A stretch of DNA of 64,000 bases from Candidatus Dormiibacterota bacterium (GCA_963830305.1 CAWHLW010000004.1:73867-137866), one strand, 5' to 3'; shown: positions 29,371 to 38,826, counted from the first letter of the stretch. Translations and numbers: made by a program. The notes: generated by a model from the sequence alone, not told the origin.

Positions 29371-29446
29371 TGGTCCCAGGGGATGGAGTCGAACCATCGG
29401 TACACGGTTTTACAGACCGCTGCCTTGACCACTTGGCTACCCTGGG
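29371..29446 (-). tRNA. tRNA with GUA anticodon (Tyr), 76 nt, short variable loop, C1:G72, A73, encoded CCA
   Basis: Reverse complement: CCCAGGG TA GCCAAGTGGTCAAGGC A GCGGT CTGTAAA ACCGT GTACC GATGG TTCGACT CCATC CCCTGGG A CCA. All stems pair. Confidence 0.8.
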
Positions 29447-29549
29447 ATATTGGGATATAAGGGTTTTCCCGCTGCACCCCGCGTCCGTGGCCTCGCCAAT
29501 AGCCTAAATGAGGGCGGCGTCCAGGCGAGCGACGCGTCAGCCGGCGCGA

Positions 29550-30086
29550 CTACCGGCGCCCGACGGGAAGCATCTCGCGAAGCGCCGGATCCTCCAGGTA
29601 CCGGCTCACCACGGCGAGTGCCTCGTCGGGCCCGCCTGCGAGCGAATCGGCGAACCACCCACCGTCGTATGGCGCGTTGACGGCAAGGAGCAGATCCCTG
29701 GCGGGCTGATGCCGGGGCGGCGGGATGCCGGGGACGAGCTTGTACGCGAGGATGACGCGATTCCCCGCCTTGGCGATGCCGACGGATTCGATGACATCCC
29801 AGCGCGTGAGGCTGCTGTACGGGTACTGACGCTGCACCAGGCCGTCGCGCGTGAGCTCGAGAGCCGGTCGCAGCACCACCGCCGTGGTCATCAGTCCGAT
29901 CACCGGCGCGGCCATGATGAACCAGCCGATGGTCGCGCCCACGAGCAGGCAGACGATCCCGGCGATCTCCGTGACCGCCAGCAGCGGGATGACGAGCGCC
30001 ACCGGCCGGCGGGCACGAAACACGATCCGTCCCCGTTTGATCGTCAGCGAGGCGGGGAGCTCCGCGGGATTGGGCAACTCGGCCAT
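29550..30086 (-). CDS. Membrane protein with a possible bacterial PH-like domain
   Basis: The ATG at 30086 (MAELPNP) lies inside the 413-aa ORF. Two TM helices are followed by a soluble domain. The call is tentative. Confidence 0.5.
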   Translation of the reverse strand: MAELPNPAELPASLTIKRGRIVFRARRPVALVIPLLAVTEIAGIVCLLVGATIGWFIMAAPVIGLMTTAVVLRPALELTRDGLVQRQYPYSSLTRWDVIESVGIAKAGNRVILAYKLVPGIPPPRHQPARDLLLAVNAPYDGGWFADSLAGGPDEALAVVSRYLEDPALREMLPVGRR

Positions 30087-30124
30087 CGGGATCGATCGTA
30101 GTCCGTGCCTGCCATCCTTCCCGG

Positions 30125-30421
30125 GTGCCCCACGCCTGGATGCTCCTCGACATCGGAACCGTGCTGGGCGGTATCGGGCTGGCCGTCGTCGCGTTCCTCG
30201 TCGTGATCCTCGTCTGCGTCGTGATCCTTCGCCTGCTGGCCGCCATCCTCCCGTCCTACGAGGACCGCGACGCCGTGGCTGCGGCCCGCAAGGAGTCGAG
30301 GGCGGGCGCCGGCGACGCAACCCCTGAGCAGTCCGCTGACCCAGCTGAGGCCGGCGCTGCGAGCGAGATTTCCGTGCCCAACCCCGAGGAGGTCGGCGGC
30401 GCCGGGGAATCAGGCGACTAA
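30125..30421 (+). CDS. Hypothetical small membrane protein with an acidic tail
   Basis: One long TM helix (LGGIGLAVVAFLVVILVCVVILRLLAAIL). No homology recognised. Confidence 0.4.
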   Translation: MPHAWMLLDIGTVLGGIGLAVVAFLVVILVCVVILRLLAAILPSYEDRDAVAAARKESRAGAGDATPEQSADPAEAGAASEISVPNPEEVGGAGESGD

Positions 30422-30459
30422 TCCCGGGGCTTGCGCTCGGAGCCGGGAGCGGTCTAACA

Positions 30460-30481
30460 TTCATAAGCGATCCTTTATGAA
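30460..30481 (+). promoter_or_regulatory. AT-rich inverted repeat, candidate ArsR-family operator
   Basis: TTCATAA (30460-30466), N8, TTATGAA (30475-30481). It overlaps the first candidate ATG (30477). tcctttatg is repeated at 30471-30479 and 30486-30494. Confidence 0.35.
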
Positions 30482-30878
30482 AGATTCCTTTATGGGTTCT
30501 GACGCCCCGTCCAGGCCGCCGCGGCGAGCCCTCCCGGGGAGCATCGCCATCGGCGCGAGTGACCTCTCGGTCCACTTCGAGGGCCTCGCCAACCCGACGA
30601 GGCTGCTCATCGTGGAGCGACTCGCCGCGACCTCCGAGATGCGTGTCTCCGAGCTCGCCGACTACTGCCAGGTGAGCCAGCCGCGCATGAGCTGGCATCT
30701 GCGCATCCTCCGCAAAGCGGAGGTCATCCGGACCCGTCGCGAGGGCCGAGAGGTGTTCTGCCGTCTCGACCGCGATGCCATTGCAACGCATTTCAAGAGC
30801 TTCTCTCGGCTGATCTCCTCAGCAGGGATGCCCGCCGAGATCACATCACCAACACCGATACACGAGGGCGCGTCGTGA
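30477..30878 (+). CDS. ArsR/SmtB-family transcriptional regulator
   Basis: wHTH region [48 protein letters not shown]. Alternative start at ATG 30492. The stop overlaps the ino1 GTG as GTGA. Confidence 0.8.
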   Translation: MKDSFMGSDAPSRPPRRALPGSIAIGASDLSVHFEGLANPTRLLIVERLAATSEMRVSELADYCQVSQPRMSWHLRILRKAEVIRTRREGREVFCRLDRDAIATHFKSFSRLISSAGMPAEITSPTPIHEGAS

Positions 30879-32036
30879 GCAACAAGGTCAGAGTCGCGAT
30901 CATCGGCGTGGGCAACTGCGCCTCGTCATTCGTCCAGGGACTCGAGTACTACAAGCACGCAGATCCGAACGACACCGTGCCTGGACTTCATGCACGTTAA
31001 CCTGGGCGGCTACCACATCTCCGATATCGAGATCTCCGCCGCATTCGACATCGACAAGGAGAAGGTCGGCAAGGATGTATCCGAAGCGATCTTCAGCGGT
31101 CTCAACAACACCGTGAAGTTCAGTGATGTCCCGAAGCTGAACATTCCCGTGCAGCGGGGCATGACCCACGACGGGCTCGGCAAGTACTTGTCCGAGGTGA
31201 TCACCAAGGCACCTGGTTCCACGGTTGACATCGCCCAGGTGCTCAAGGACACCGGCACCGACGTCGTGGTCAACTATCTGCCGGTCGGCAGCGAGGCCGC
31301 GACCCGTTGGTACACCGAGCAGATCCTCGAAGCACCCTGCGCAATGGTGAACTGCATGCCGGTGTTCATCGCCCGCGAGGACTACTGGCAGGCGCGGTTC
31401 CGCAAGGCCGGCGTGCCGATCATCGGTGACGACATCAAGTCGCAGGTGGGTGCAACCATCGTCCATCGCGTCCTGACCCACCTCTTCCGTGAGCGTGGCG
31501 TCGAGCTCGAGAACACGTACCAGCTCAACTTCGGCGGCAACACCGACTTCCTCAACATGCTCGAGCGCGAGCGCCTGATGAGCAAGAAGATCAGCAAGAC
31601 GAACAGCGTGCAGTCGCAGCTGGCGACGCCGATGGAGAAGGAGCACATCCACATCGGCCCGTCCGACTACGTGCCGTGGCTCCACGACCGCAAGTGGGCC
31701 TTCATCCGCCTCGAAGGCAAGTCCTTCGGCGATGTTCCCCTCAACGTCGAGCTGAAGCTCGAGGTGCATGACTCGCCGAACAGCGCGGGCATCGTCATCG
31801 ACGCCGTGCGCTGCTGCAAGCTCGGTCTTGATCGCGGGCTCAGCGGCACCCTTGAAGGGCCGGCGTCGTATTTCATGAAGTCTCCGCCGCGTCAGGTGAG
31901 CGACGATGAGGCTCACCGGGCAACCGAGGAGTTCATTGCGGGCATCGAGATCAGTGGAGGGCGTCACAATGGCCACGTGCCCGACGTGCTACCCGCCGCT
32001 GCGGAGGCGGATCCCGCCACACCCGCGACGAATTAG
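30875..32036 (+). pseudogene. ino1: myo-Inositol-1-phosphate synthase split by one surplus base at 30986-30989
   Basis: From the GTG at 30875: [38 protein letters not shown], then a stop. The +1 frame continues as [22 protein letters not shown] and onward to 32036 (ORF 30990-32036). Confidence 0.88.
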
Positions 32037-32063
32037 CCCGCAGAGGATCGGGAGCCGACGGCG

Positions 32064-33041
32064 TTGACGCAAGCCGGCGAGTTGGTGGCGAGGACGCGCG
32101 CCTACCGGCGCGTGGTGCGCGATCCGATGCTGCCGTACTACGCCTACCGCGCGGCGGAAGCGCTCGTCGGAGCGCTCCCGCAGTCCGTCTCCTACTGGCT
32201 TGGCGATCGCGTCGCGGATGCGCTCCTGGCCACGGTGCCGAACCGGTTCGACGGTCTGCGCGACAACCTCCGTCACGTCATTCCGACGATCGGCGACCGG
32301 GCGCTCAAGCACCTGGTGCGCCGCAACCTTCGCAACCTCACCCACTGCTGGGTGGACGTGATGGAGATGTCCTCGCACCGCACCGACCTCCCGTCGCGAA
32401 TCGACATCACGGATCTCCACCACTTCGAGGAAGCGATCGCGCGCGGCAATGGCGTCGTCGTCGCCTCGATGCACTTCGGCTCGTGGGAGGTCGGCCTGGC
32501 GGGGTGGAACAAGATGGGCGGCAAGATGGCGCTCCTCGCCGAGGTGCTGCGGCCGAAGCAACTCTTCGACCGGGTCGTCGGGGCACGCCGCGCCCAGGGT
32601 GTTCAGATCATCCCGATCGACACCCAGGGAATGCGCGAAGGTGACGCGCAGGTCGCCCGCCGCCTCGGCGCCGCCTCGATGCGCGAAGTGTTCAAGGTGC
32701 TCCGATCCGGGGGCGTCGTTGCCATGGCGCTCGACCGCGACCTCATCGGCAACGGCGAGCCCCTCGAGTTCTTCGGACAGCCGGCGCCGATCCCGATCGG
32801 ATCGGTCGAGATCGCGATTAGAGCCGGTGCGGCGATCGTCCCGATCCTGCTGTTCCGCAACCGGTATCGCGTCCGTGCGGTGGTCCATCCCGAGATCCGG
32901 TATTCGCCGGATGCGCCCAGGGACACCGAGGTGCGCAAGACTGCGCAGATGCTGCTGGGCATCTTCGAGGAGGCGATCCACTCGCATCCCGAGCAATGGC
33001 ACGTCCTCGACCCCATCTGGCCGGCGATCGGGACGCAATGA
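32064..33041 (+). CDS. Lysophospholipid/lipid A-type acyltransferase (PatA-like PIM acyltransferase)
   Basis: LpxL/HtrB-family layout (ASMHFGSWE HX4-like acyltransferase region). It sits between ino1 and a GT4 mannosyltransferase-like gene. Confidence 0.7.
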   Translation: MTQAGELVARTRAYRRVVRDPMLPYYAYRAAEALVGALPQSVSYWLGDRVADALLATVPNRFDGLRDNLRHVIPTIGDRALKHLVRRNLRNLTHCWVDVMEMSSHRTDLPSRIDITDLHHFEEAIARGNGVVVASMHFGSWEVGLAGWNKMGGKMALLAEVLRPKQLFDRVVGARRAQGVQIIPIDTQGMREGDAQVARRLGAASMREVFKVLRSGGVVAMALDRDLIGNGEPLEFFGQPAPIPIGSVEIAIRAGAAIVPILLFRNRYRVRAVVHPEIRYSPDAPRDTEVRKTAQMLLGIFEEAIHSHPEQWHVLDPIWPAIGTQ

Positions 33042-34207
33042 AGATCTGCCTCGTCTCCCCATACGACTTCATGCACCCGGGGGGTGTCACCGAGCATGTC
33101 CGGCACCTGTCCGCCAAGCTTCGGGCTCGCGGCCACGACGTGACCGTGCTAGCACCGTCGAGCCGCGTCGGCGACGACCACGGCATTCCCGGCTACGTGC
33201 GCATCGGCCGGAGCATGCCGGTGCGCACCAACGGCTCGGTGGCTCGTATCGCGCTGTCGTTCCACCTGGTGCGTCGCGTCCGCGCGCTCCTCGACGAGAA
33301 CCACTTCGACGTCGTCCACTACCACGAGCCGCTCGTTCCATCGCTGCCGATCACCGTGCTGCGGTTCCACAGTGGTGCAAACGTCGGCACGTTCCACGCG
33401 ATGGCCCGGCGCAACCTCGGCTACTACTACGGCAGACCGTTTCTCAAGCGCTACTTCAACCGGCTGCACGTGCACGTTGCGGTGAGCGTGCCTGCGCGTG
33501 ATTTCATCGCCCGATACTTCGAGGGCGAGTACAGGGTCGTCCCGAACGGCATCGACTGCTCGCGCTTCAACCCGAACCATCCACGGCTCGATGAGCTGCG
33601 GACGCCGGGCAAGGCGACGATCCTCTTCGTCGGACGGCTCGAGTCACGCAAGGGACTGCCGACGCTGCTCGAGGCGTACGGCCAGCTCCGGCGCGTTCGC
33701 GACGACGCGCGTCTGGTGGTGGTCGGGGATGGTCCGATGCGCTGGGGTTACGAAAGCCAGGTCGCGGCCATGGGCATTCCCGACGTCGAATTCGCCGGGC
33801 GCGTCTCCGCCGAGCTGCTGCCGCGGTACTACGCATCTGCCGACATCTTCTGCGCTCCGGCGACGGGCGGAGAGAGCTTCGGCATCGTGTTGCTGGAGGC
33901 GATGGCGAGCGGGGTGCCGGTGATCGCCTCGTCGATCCCCGGCTTCAGCAGCGTGGTCGCGCATGACGTGGACGGCGTGCTCGTGCCCCCGCGTCATCCG
34001 AAGGAATGGGCGGCGGCGCTCGGTGCGTTGATCGACGATCCGTCGCGCCGGAAGGCGATGAGCGAGCGCGGGCTCGCCAAGGCTCAGCTCTATGACTGGG
34101 AACACGTCGTCGACGAGATTCTTGACGTGTATCGCGTGGCACGCGAACGTGCCGGTGCGAGCACGGTGGTATCCGGTGTTCACGTCCAGGCTCCAGGACT
34201 GGGTTAG
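33038..34207 (+). CDS. GT4-family glycosyltransferase (PimA-like)
   Basis: From the ATG at 33038: MKICLVSPYDFMHPGGVTEHV, plus the C-terminal EX7E region (GESFGIVLLEAMASGVPV). ATGA overlap with the upstream gene. Confidence 0.8.
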   Translation: MKICLVSPYDFMHPGGVTEHVRHLSAKLRARGHDVTVLAPSSRVGDDHGIPGYVRIGRSMPVRTNGSVARIALSFHLVRRVRALLDENHFDVVHYHEPLVPSLPITVLRFHSGANVGTFHAMARRNLGYYYGRPFLKRYFNRLHVHVAVSVPARDFIARYFEGEYRVVPNGIDCSRFNPNHPRLDELRTPGKATILFVGRLESRKGLPTLLEAYGQLRRVRDDARLVVVGDGPMRWGYESQVAAMGIPDVEFAGRVSAELLPRYYASADIFCAPATGGESFGIVLLEAMASGVPVIASSIPGFSSVVAHDVDGVLVPPRHPKEWAAALGALIDDPSRRKAMSERGLAKAQLYDWEHVVDEILDVYRVARERAGASTVVSGVHVQAPGLG

Positions 34208-34802
34208 GTCCGGCGCGCGACGCGTCGTTCCTGCTCTCAGAGCCCTGCACCTGACACCGAACATCCTGACCATGCTCGGGCTGCTCATCTGCGCCGGGTC
34301 CGCGGTGCTGATCGCGCTCGGGTTTCTCCTGCCGGGTGGGCTGCTGCTGCTGATCGCGAGCGGGTTCGACATTCTCGACGGCGCTCTCGCGAGGGTCAGC
34401 GGTCGCGAGCAGCGTTACGGCGCATTCCTGGACTCGACGGTGGACCGCTACGCGGAGGCGATGACCGCGATCGCCCTGCTCTACTACTTCATCTTCCACG
34501 GTCACCACACGCTGGAGCCGATGCTCGTGGTGTTCGCGCTGACCGGATCGTTGCTCGTGTCCTATGTGCGCGCGCGTGCACAGTCGCTCGGCTTCAACGG
34601 CGATGGCGGACTGCTCGCCAGGCCGGAGCGGGTGGTGATCACCGTCATCGGTCTGGTGATCTCGCCGCTGCTGATCTGGGCGCTCTGGATCCTTGCCATC
34701 CTGACCAACGTGACCGCCGTGCAGCGGATCTGGGTCGTCTGGCAGCAGGCGCGACGAATCGCCGCGGAGTCGCGAAGCGCAACCGGGGCTACCACCGGGT
34801 AG
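34176..34802 (+). CDS. CDP-alcohol phosphatidyltransferase (PgsA1/PIP-synthase-like)
   Basis: Motif DILDGALARVSGREQRYGAFLDSTVDRYAE (DG-x2-AR...G-x3-D-x3-D). The start is uncertain, with GTG candidates at 34149, 34155 and 34176. Confidence 0.75.
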   Translation: MFTSRLQDWVRSGARRVVPALRALHLTPNILTMLGLLICAGSAVLIALGFLLPGGLLLLIASGFDILDGALARVSGREQRYGAFLDSTVDRYAEAMTAIALLYYFIFHGHHTLEPMLVVFALTGSLLVSYVRARAQSLGFNGDGGLLARPERVVITVIGLVISPLLIWALWILAILTNVTAVQRIWVVWQQARRIAAESRSATGATTG

Positions 34803-34807
34803 GAGCT

Positions 34808-35317
34808 TCATGGGAGCGTGAGATCGAGGCGCGGATCCTCGGCGATCCCGTCGCGTCGGATCTCGAAGTGCAGATGGGGGCCGGTTGCATTGCCGGTTGA
34901 TCCAACGGTGCCGATGATCTCGCCGGCCGCCACGAGGTCGCCACTCGCCACCAGCACTGTGTTGAGATGTCCGTACAGGCTGCTCAGGCCGCCGCCGTGA
35001 TCGATGATCACGTGCAGGCCGTAGCCGGTCGGGGAAAGGTAAACGGTGGCGATGCCCGGGAGCGTCGCCATGACCGGCGTCCCGCGTGCCGCTGCCAGGT
35101 CGATGCCCGAGTGCCAGTGCCCCCCGGGACATGCGACGTCCACGGGTTCGAACGCGAAGCTGCTGCATCCGAATCCCTGCGAGACCCACGAGTGGGCGAG
35201 CGGTTTCATAAAGGTGGCGGCCGTCGGGTCACTGCTGACCGCGCTGCTCGCAAGCGCGGTACCACCGCAGAGTCCAACAGCAAGCAGGCCGGTGATGACC
35301 GCGAGCGCGCGGATCAC
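34808..35317 (-). CDS. M23-family metallopeptidase (secreted)
   Basis: HxGxD (HWHSGIDL) and HLH (GPHLHFEI) motifs. N-terminal signal/TM segment. The GTG start overlaps the upstream stop (GTGA). Confidence 0.85.
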   Translation of the reverse strand: MIRALAVITGLLAVGLCGGTALASSAVSSDPTAATFMKPLAHSWVSQGFGCSSFAFEPVDVACPGGHWHSGIDLAAARGTPVMATLPGIATVYLSPTGYGLHVIIDHGGGLSSLYGHLNTVLVASGDLVAAGEIIGTVGSTGNATGPHLHFEIRRDGIAEDPRLDLTLP

Positions 35318-36255
35318 AGCGCAGTCCGATGGCGCACGACATGATGTGCCGGTGCCAGCGCCCTGTGCACAGAGCGCCGCACATGCCGGACCGCACTGTT
35401 CGCGTTGGTCTCGACGTGCGTGGCCGCGTGCAGCGTTCCCGGGACCTTGAGGACGATCCAGAGGATCGCGAGCGCGAACAGGCTCTCGGCGATGCCGCTT
35501 CCGGCGCCGAACCCGACCGCCACGGCGACGCGCAGGATGATCAGCTGGACCGCCTGCATGAAGACCGCGACCATGAACAGGCGCAGCCACGTCGACGCAT
35601 ACCGCCGGGTGTCCGGCAGCACCGAGCACAGGGCGGCGAGCGGAGCGAGCACGACGAGGATGTCCAGCATCGCCGTGCGGATCACGTACGACAGGACGAG
35701 GATCACCACCGCCACGACAACTCCGAGGGCGAAGATCGCGTGGAACAGGTCCTGCGACCCCTGGATGAGCGAGACCGTCGCTGCGCTCATCGAACCCGAC
35801 CAGGGAAGCGTGTCGATGGTCAGCGGCCCCCCGAGTGACTGCACCACGCCACCGACCGCGTTGTTGAGGTCGACCGCCATCTGGATGAAGTAGATGGATC
35901 CGTGCACCATCACGAGCGCCGCCATCACCCGCGGAATGACGACGTAGAGCGCGTAGCGTGCGCGGCCGGTGTGCTCGAAGATGCTCCGCAGCGACGCGTA
36001 GAGCAGAACGCCGCCGACCAGAACGTCCGCAACCAGCGCCAGCGATCCATTCAGATGCGCGATCGCCGGGTTCGAGGTCAAGGGACGGATACCCGATGAC
36101 GTCGGATCGACGGTGGTGAACAGGTAGCGGTTCAGCTCGGAGTTCAGGTCGGCGCGCGCGGTCGCGATGAAGTGCGACAGCACGCCGGTCAACAGCTGGA
36201 GGATCGTGCCGAGGGGATCGCGGATCCCCTGCACGATTCCCGGAATCGCTTGCAT
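35314..36255 (-). CDS. Polytopic membrane protein, VirB6/TrbL-like (tentative)
   Basis: 313 aa with about 6 TM helices. It lies between a pilin-like small protein and a cell-wall hydrolase. The assignment rests on topology and context only. Confidence 0.5.
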   Translation of the reverse strand: MQAIPGIVQGIRDPLGTILQLLTGVLSHFIATARADLNSELNRYLFTTVDPTSSGIRPLTSNPAIAHLNGSLALVADVLVGGVLLYASLRSIFEHTGRARYALYVVIPRVMAALVMVHGSIYFIQMAVDLNNAVGGVVQSLGGPLTIDTLPWSGSMSAATVSLIQGSQDLFHAIFALGVVVAVVILVLSYVIRTAMLDILVVLAPLAALCSVLPDTRRYASTWLRLFMVAVFMQAVQLIILRVAVAVGFGAGSGIAESLFALAILWIVLKVPGTLHAATHVETNANSAVRHVRRSVHRALAPAHHVVRHRTAL

Positions 36256-36264
36256 CCGGCGAGC

Positions 36265-36504
36265 TCAGTGAATGGTCGCTGGAACGCTGGCGATGAGCGC
36301 GTGGGTCAGCGTGCCCGCGACTTCGACGCCGATGGTGCCGAAGACGATACGGCCGATCCACTTCTTGGCCTGCGCGACGCTGGAAGGATCGACGGCCACG
36401 ATCTTGTACATGAACGCGACCAGGAACGCGAGCGCGCCAACGCTGGCGAGCAGTCCCTGCGCGATGAGGATCCAGTTGTCGATGAGCGCCTTGAGTTGAT
36501 CCAC
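36265..36504 (-). CDS. Small two-TM protein, VirB2/TrbC pilin-like (tentative)
   Basis: The GTG at 36504 is preceded by GGAGG at a spacing of 8 nt. 79 aa with two hydrophobic helices (ILIAQGLLASVGALAFLVAF and IVFGTIGVEVAGTL). Confidence 0.45.
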   Translation of the reverse strand: MDQLKALIDNWILIAQGLLASVGALAFLVAFMYKIVAVDPSSVAQAKKWIGRIVFGTIGVEVAGTLTHALIASVPATIH

Positions 36505-36585
36505 GATGGGCGACCTCCGATGCGTGCGAGTTCGGTATCGGTCGCCCCTCCGGCCGTCCCGGGTGAGCACCCGGACAGTCAGCAG

Positions 36586-36613
36586 ACTATACGGATTTGT
36601 GTATGTCTGTCAA
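36586..36613 (-). promoter_or_regulatory. Near-consensus sigma-70 promoter for the 36504-34808 operon
   Basis: On the minus strand: TTGACA (36613-36608), 16-nt spacer, TATAGT (36591-36586). It sits in a locally AT-rich patch and is followed by an 80-nt leader with a GC hairpin. Confidence 0.5.
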
Positions 36614-36622
36614 GCGGGGGGC

Positions 36623-37102
36623 TCAGCGCACCGCCTTCTTCACGAGGGCCGTGATCTTTGCCTCTTCGGTGGGGGTCAACTTCAGGAGCGCGTACTGAAT
36701 CGGCCACATGACGCCGTCGTCGATCTTCGCCTTGTCGCTGAAGCCGATCGTCTGGTATCTGACCTTGAACTTCCCTGCGTTCTGGAAGTAGCAGATCACG
36801 CTGCCGTCCTTTGTGTAGGCGGGCATTCCGTACCAGGTCTTGGGTGCGAGCACCGGTGCCGCGGCCTTGATCAGCGCGTGGACCTTCTTGGCGATGGTGC
36901 GATCCGGTTCCTGCATCTTGGCGATCGCCGCAAGCAAAGCCAGTTCCCCATCGGCCTTGGCCGCTTCCGCCTTCAGCTCCTGGATGCGTGCGCGCGCCGC
37001 TGCCTTCTCTTCGGCGCTGAATCCCTGGGACGGTTTTCCGGTGGTGCTGCTTGACTTCGACGATTTCGGCTTGGGCTTGGTTGCGGTTTTGGCCGGGGCC
37101 AT
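36623..37102 (-). CDS. DUF1801 (YdhG-like) domain protein with a Lys/Ser-rich N-terminus
   Basis: TWYGMPAYTKDGSVICYF and the C-terminal region are typical of the DUF1801 family. Confidence 0.6.
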   Translation of the reverse strand: MAPAKTATKPKPKSSKSSSTTGKPSQGFSAEEKAAARARIQELKAEAAKADGELALLAAIAKMQEPDRTIAKKVHALIKAAAPVLAPKTWYGMPAYTKDGSVICYFQNAGKFKVRYQTIGFSDKAKIDDGVMWPIQYALLKLTPTEEAKITALVKKAVR

Positions 37103-37147
37103 CGTTCACGCTCCTTTGTCCGAGAGTGGATAAGAACGCCCTTGAGT

Positions 37148-37720
37148 CTATGGACCCGGACCAGGACTGTGCGGCCACTCTTCAGCCGTGATAGCGAACC
37201 GTTCGTGATCGCGCCACGCCCCATCGATGTACAGGTAGCGCGGCGAGAACCCCTCATGGCGGAACCCCAGCCGCCGGACCAGCGCGAGAGACCGCGCGTT
37301 TTCCGGCTGGACGTTCGCCTCGACGCGGTGGAGTCGCTCCACGGTGAAGGCGTACCGCAGTGCGAGCTCGAGGGTCTCGCGGGTGAGCCCCTGTCCGGCG
37401 GTCGCGGCATTCGCGTAGAAACCGCAGTAGCAACTCTGGAGGACGCCGCGAACCATCTGGCTCAGGTTGACGACGGCGACCAGCGCCTTGTCGATGGCGC
37501 GCCATCCTGCAAGTGAGACAAAGTCCTCGCCTGCTCCCCGGGCGATCAGCGCGCTGAAACCGGCGGCGTCGGAAGGCGGGCTCGTCCACGGATGATGCAG
37601 CGAGCGACTCGCCGCGACCATCGCGAGAAAGGCATCGCGATCCTGGATACGCAGCTTTCGGAGCCACACTCGAGCGCCTCGCTCGAGGACCTGGTCAGCG
37701 GCGCCGGGCGGTGACGTCAC
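37148..37720 (-). CDS. GNAT-family N-acetyltransferase (RimJ/RimL-like)
   Basis: GNAT motif A region ([17 protein letters not shown]) and the tail [25 protein letters not shown]. Confidence 0.8.
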   Translation of the reverse strand: MTSPPGAADQVLERGARVWLRKLRIQDRDAFLAMVAASRSLHHPWTSPPSDAAGFSALIARGAGEDFVSLAGWRAIDKALVAVVNLSQMVRGVLQSCYCGFYANAATAGQGLTRETLELALRYAFTVERLHRVEANVQPENARSLALVRRLGFRHEGFSPRYLYIDGAWRDHERFAITAEEWPHSPGPGP

Positions 37721-37817
37721 GCGGGAATCGTGGCATCAGCCTCTGGTGAGGAGTTGGCCGGATTTGAGCATCGCGGCACGCGATAAACTCGCCGCCGTTC
37801 ACCACTTCCGGAGGCTC

Positions 37818-38825
37818 ATGAAACTCGCGACGTTTGCCCGCCAGCCGCTCCTGTTCGGACCTTCGCCCGTGCATCCACTGGAGCGGCTCACCAAGCGACT
37901 GGGTGGCGCCGAGGTGTGGGCAAAGCGCGAGGATTGCAACAGCGGGCTCGCGTTCGGAGGGAACAAGACCAGGAAGCTGGAGTACCTGGTCGCCGACGCG
38001 CTGGCTCAGGGCTGCGACACGCTCGTCTCGATCGGGGGTGTCCAGTCCAACCACACGCGCCAGGTTGCGGCGGTGGCGGCACGGATGGGGATGCGCTGTG
38101 TCCTCGTCCAGGAGAGCTGGGTCGACTGGTCCGATCCTGTCTATGACAAGGTTGGCAATATCCTCTTGAGCCGCATCCTCGGCGCGGACATCAGAATGGT
38201 GCTGGAAGGCTTCGGCATCGGGTTCAAAGCGAGTTGGGAACAGGCACTCGACGACGTGAAAGCCGCTGGTGGCAAGCCATACCCGATTCCCGCCGGCGCG
38301 TCGGATCATCCGTTGGGCGGTCTCGGCTTTGCGCAGTGGGCACAGGAGGTCGCGGCGCAGGAGGACGCGCTCGGTATCTTCTTCGACACGATCATCGTGT
38401 GCTCGGTTACTGGGAGCACGCAGGCGGGGATGATCGCGGGTTTTGCGGCTCAGGAACGACCCCGTACCGTCATCGGTATCGATGCATCTGCGAAGCCCCA
38501 GGAAACGCTCGACCAGGTCACCCGCATTGCCCGGCAGACAGCGTCGCTCATCGAGATCGGCCGTGACCTGCGCAGCGACGAGATCATCCTCGACGCCCGC
38601 TACAACGCCGGGACCTACGGGATCGCTGACGGTCAAACAGTGGAGGCAATCGAGATGGGTGCGCGTCTGGAAGGGATGATCACCGACCCGGTGTATGAGG
38701 GGAAGTCACTCGCCGGGATGATCGACATGATTACCGCCAAAGAGATCGACAAGAAGTCGAAGGTGCTCTATGCGCATCTGGGTGGTCAGCCGGCACTCAA
38801 CGGATACAGCTCCCTCTTCTCCTGA
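37818..38825 (+). CDS. acdS: 1-aminocyclopropane-1-carboxylate deaminase
   Basis: Near-collinear with known AcdS: [23 protein letters not shown] (PLP Lys), [26 protein letters not shown] and YAHLGG. ATG at 37818 with a GGAGG SD. Confidence 0.85.
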   Translation: MKLATFARQPLLFGPSPVHPLERLTKRLGGAEVWAKREDCNSGLAFGGNKTRKLEYLVADALAQGCDTLVSIGGVQSNHTRQVAAVAARMGMRCVLVQESWVDWSDPVYDKVGNILLSRILGADIRMVLEGFGIGFKASWEQALDDVKAAGGKPYPIPAGASDHPLGGLGFAQWAQEVAAQEDALGIFFDTIIVCSVTGSTQAGMIAGFAAQERPRTVIGIDASAKPQETLDQVTRIARQTASLIEIGRDLRSDEIILDARYNAGTYGIADGQTVEAIEMGARLEGMITDPVYEGKSLAGMIDMITAKEIDKKSKVLYAHLGGQPALNGYSSLFS

Positions 38826-38826
38826 A

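Noticed and set aside
20327-29446. tRNA-Glu or tRNA-Tyr as integration sites of a genomic island
   Set aside because: No integrase, direct repeat of the tRNA 3' end, or mobile-element genes were seen next to either tRNA within the window.
30900-31976. 358-aa ORF on the minus strand
   Set aside because: It is fully antisense to the clearly recognisable ino1 coding sequence. It has an Arg/Asp/His/Leu-rich composition and no motifs. This is a typical high-GC shadow ORF.
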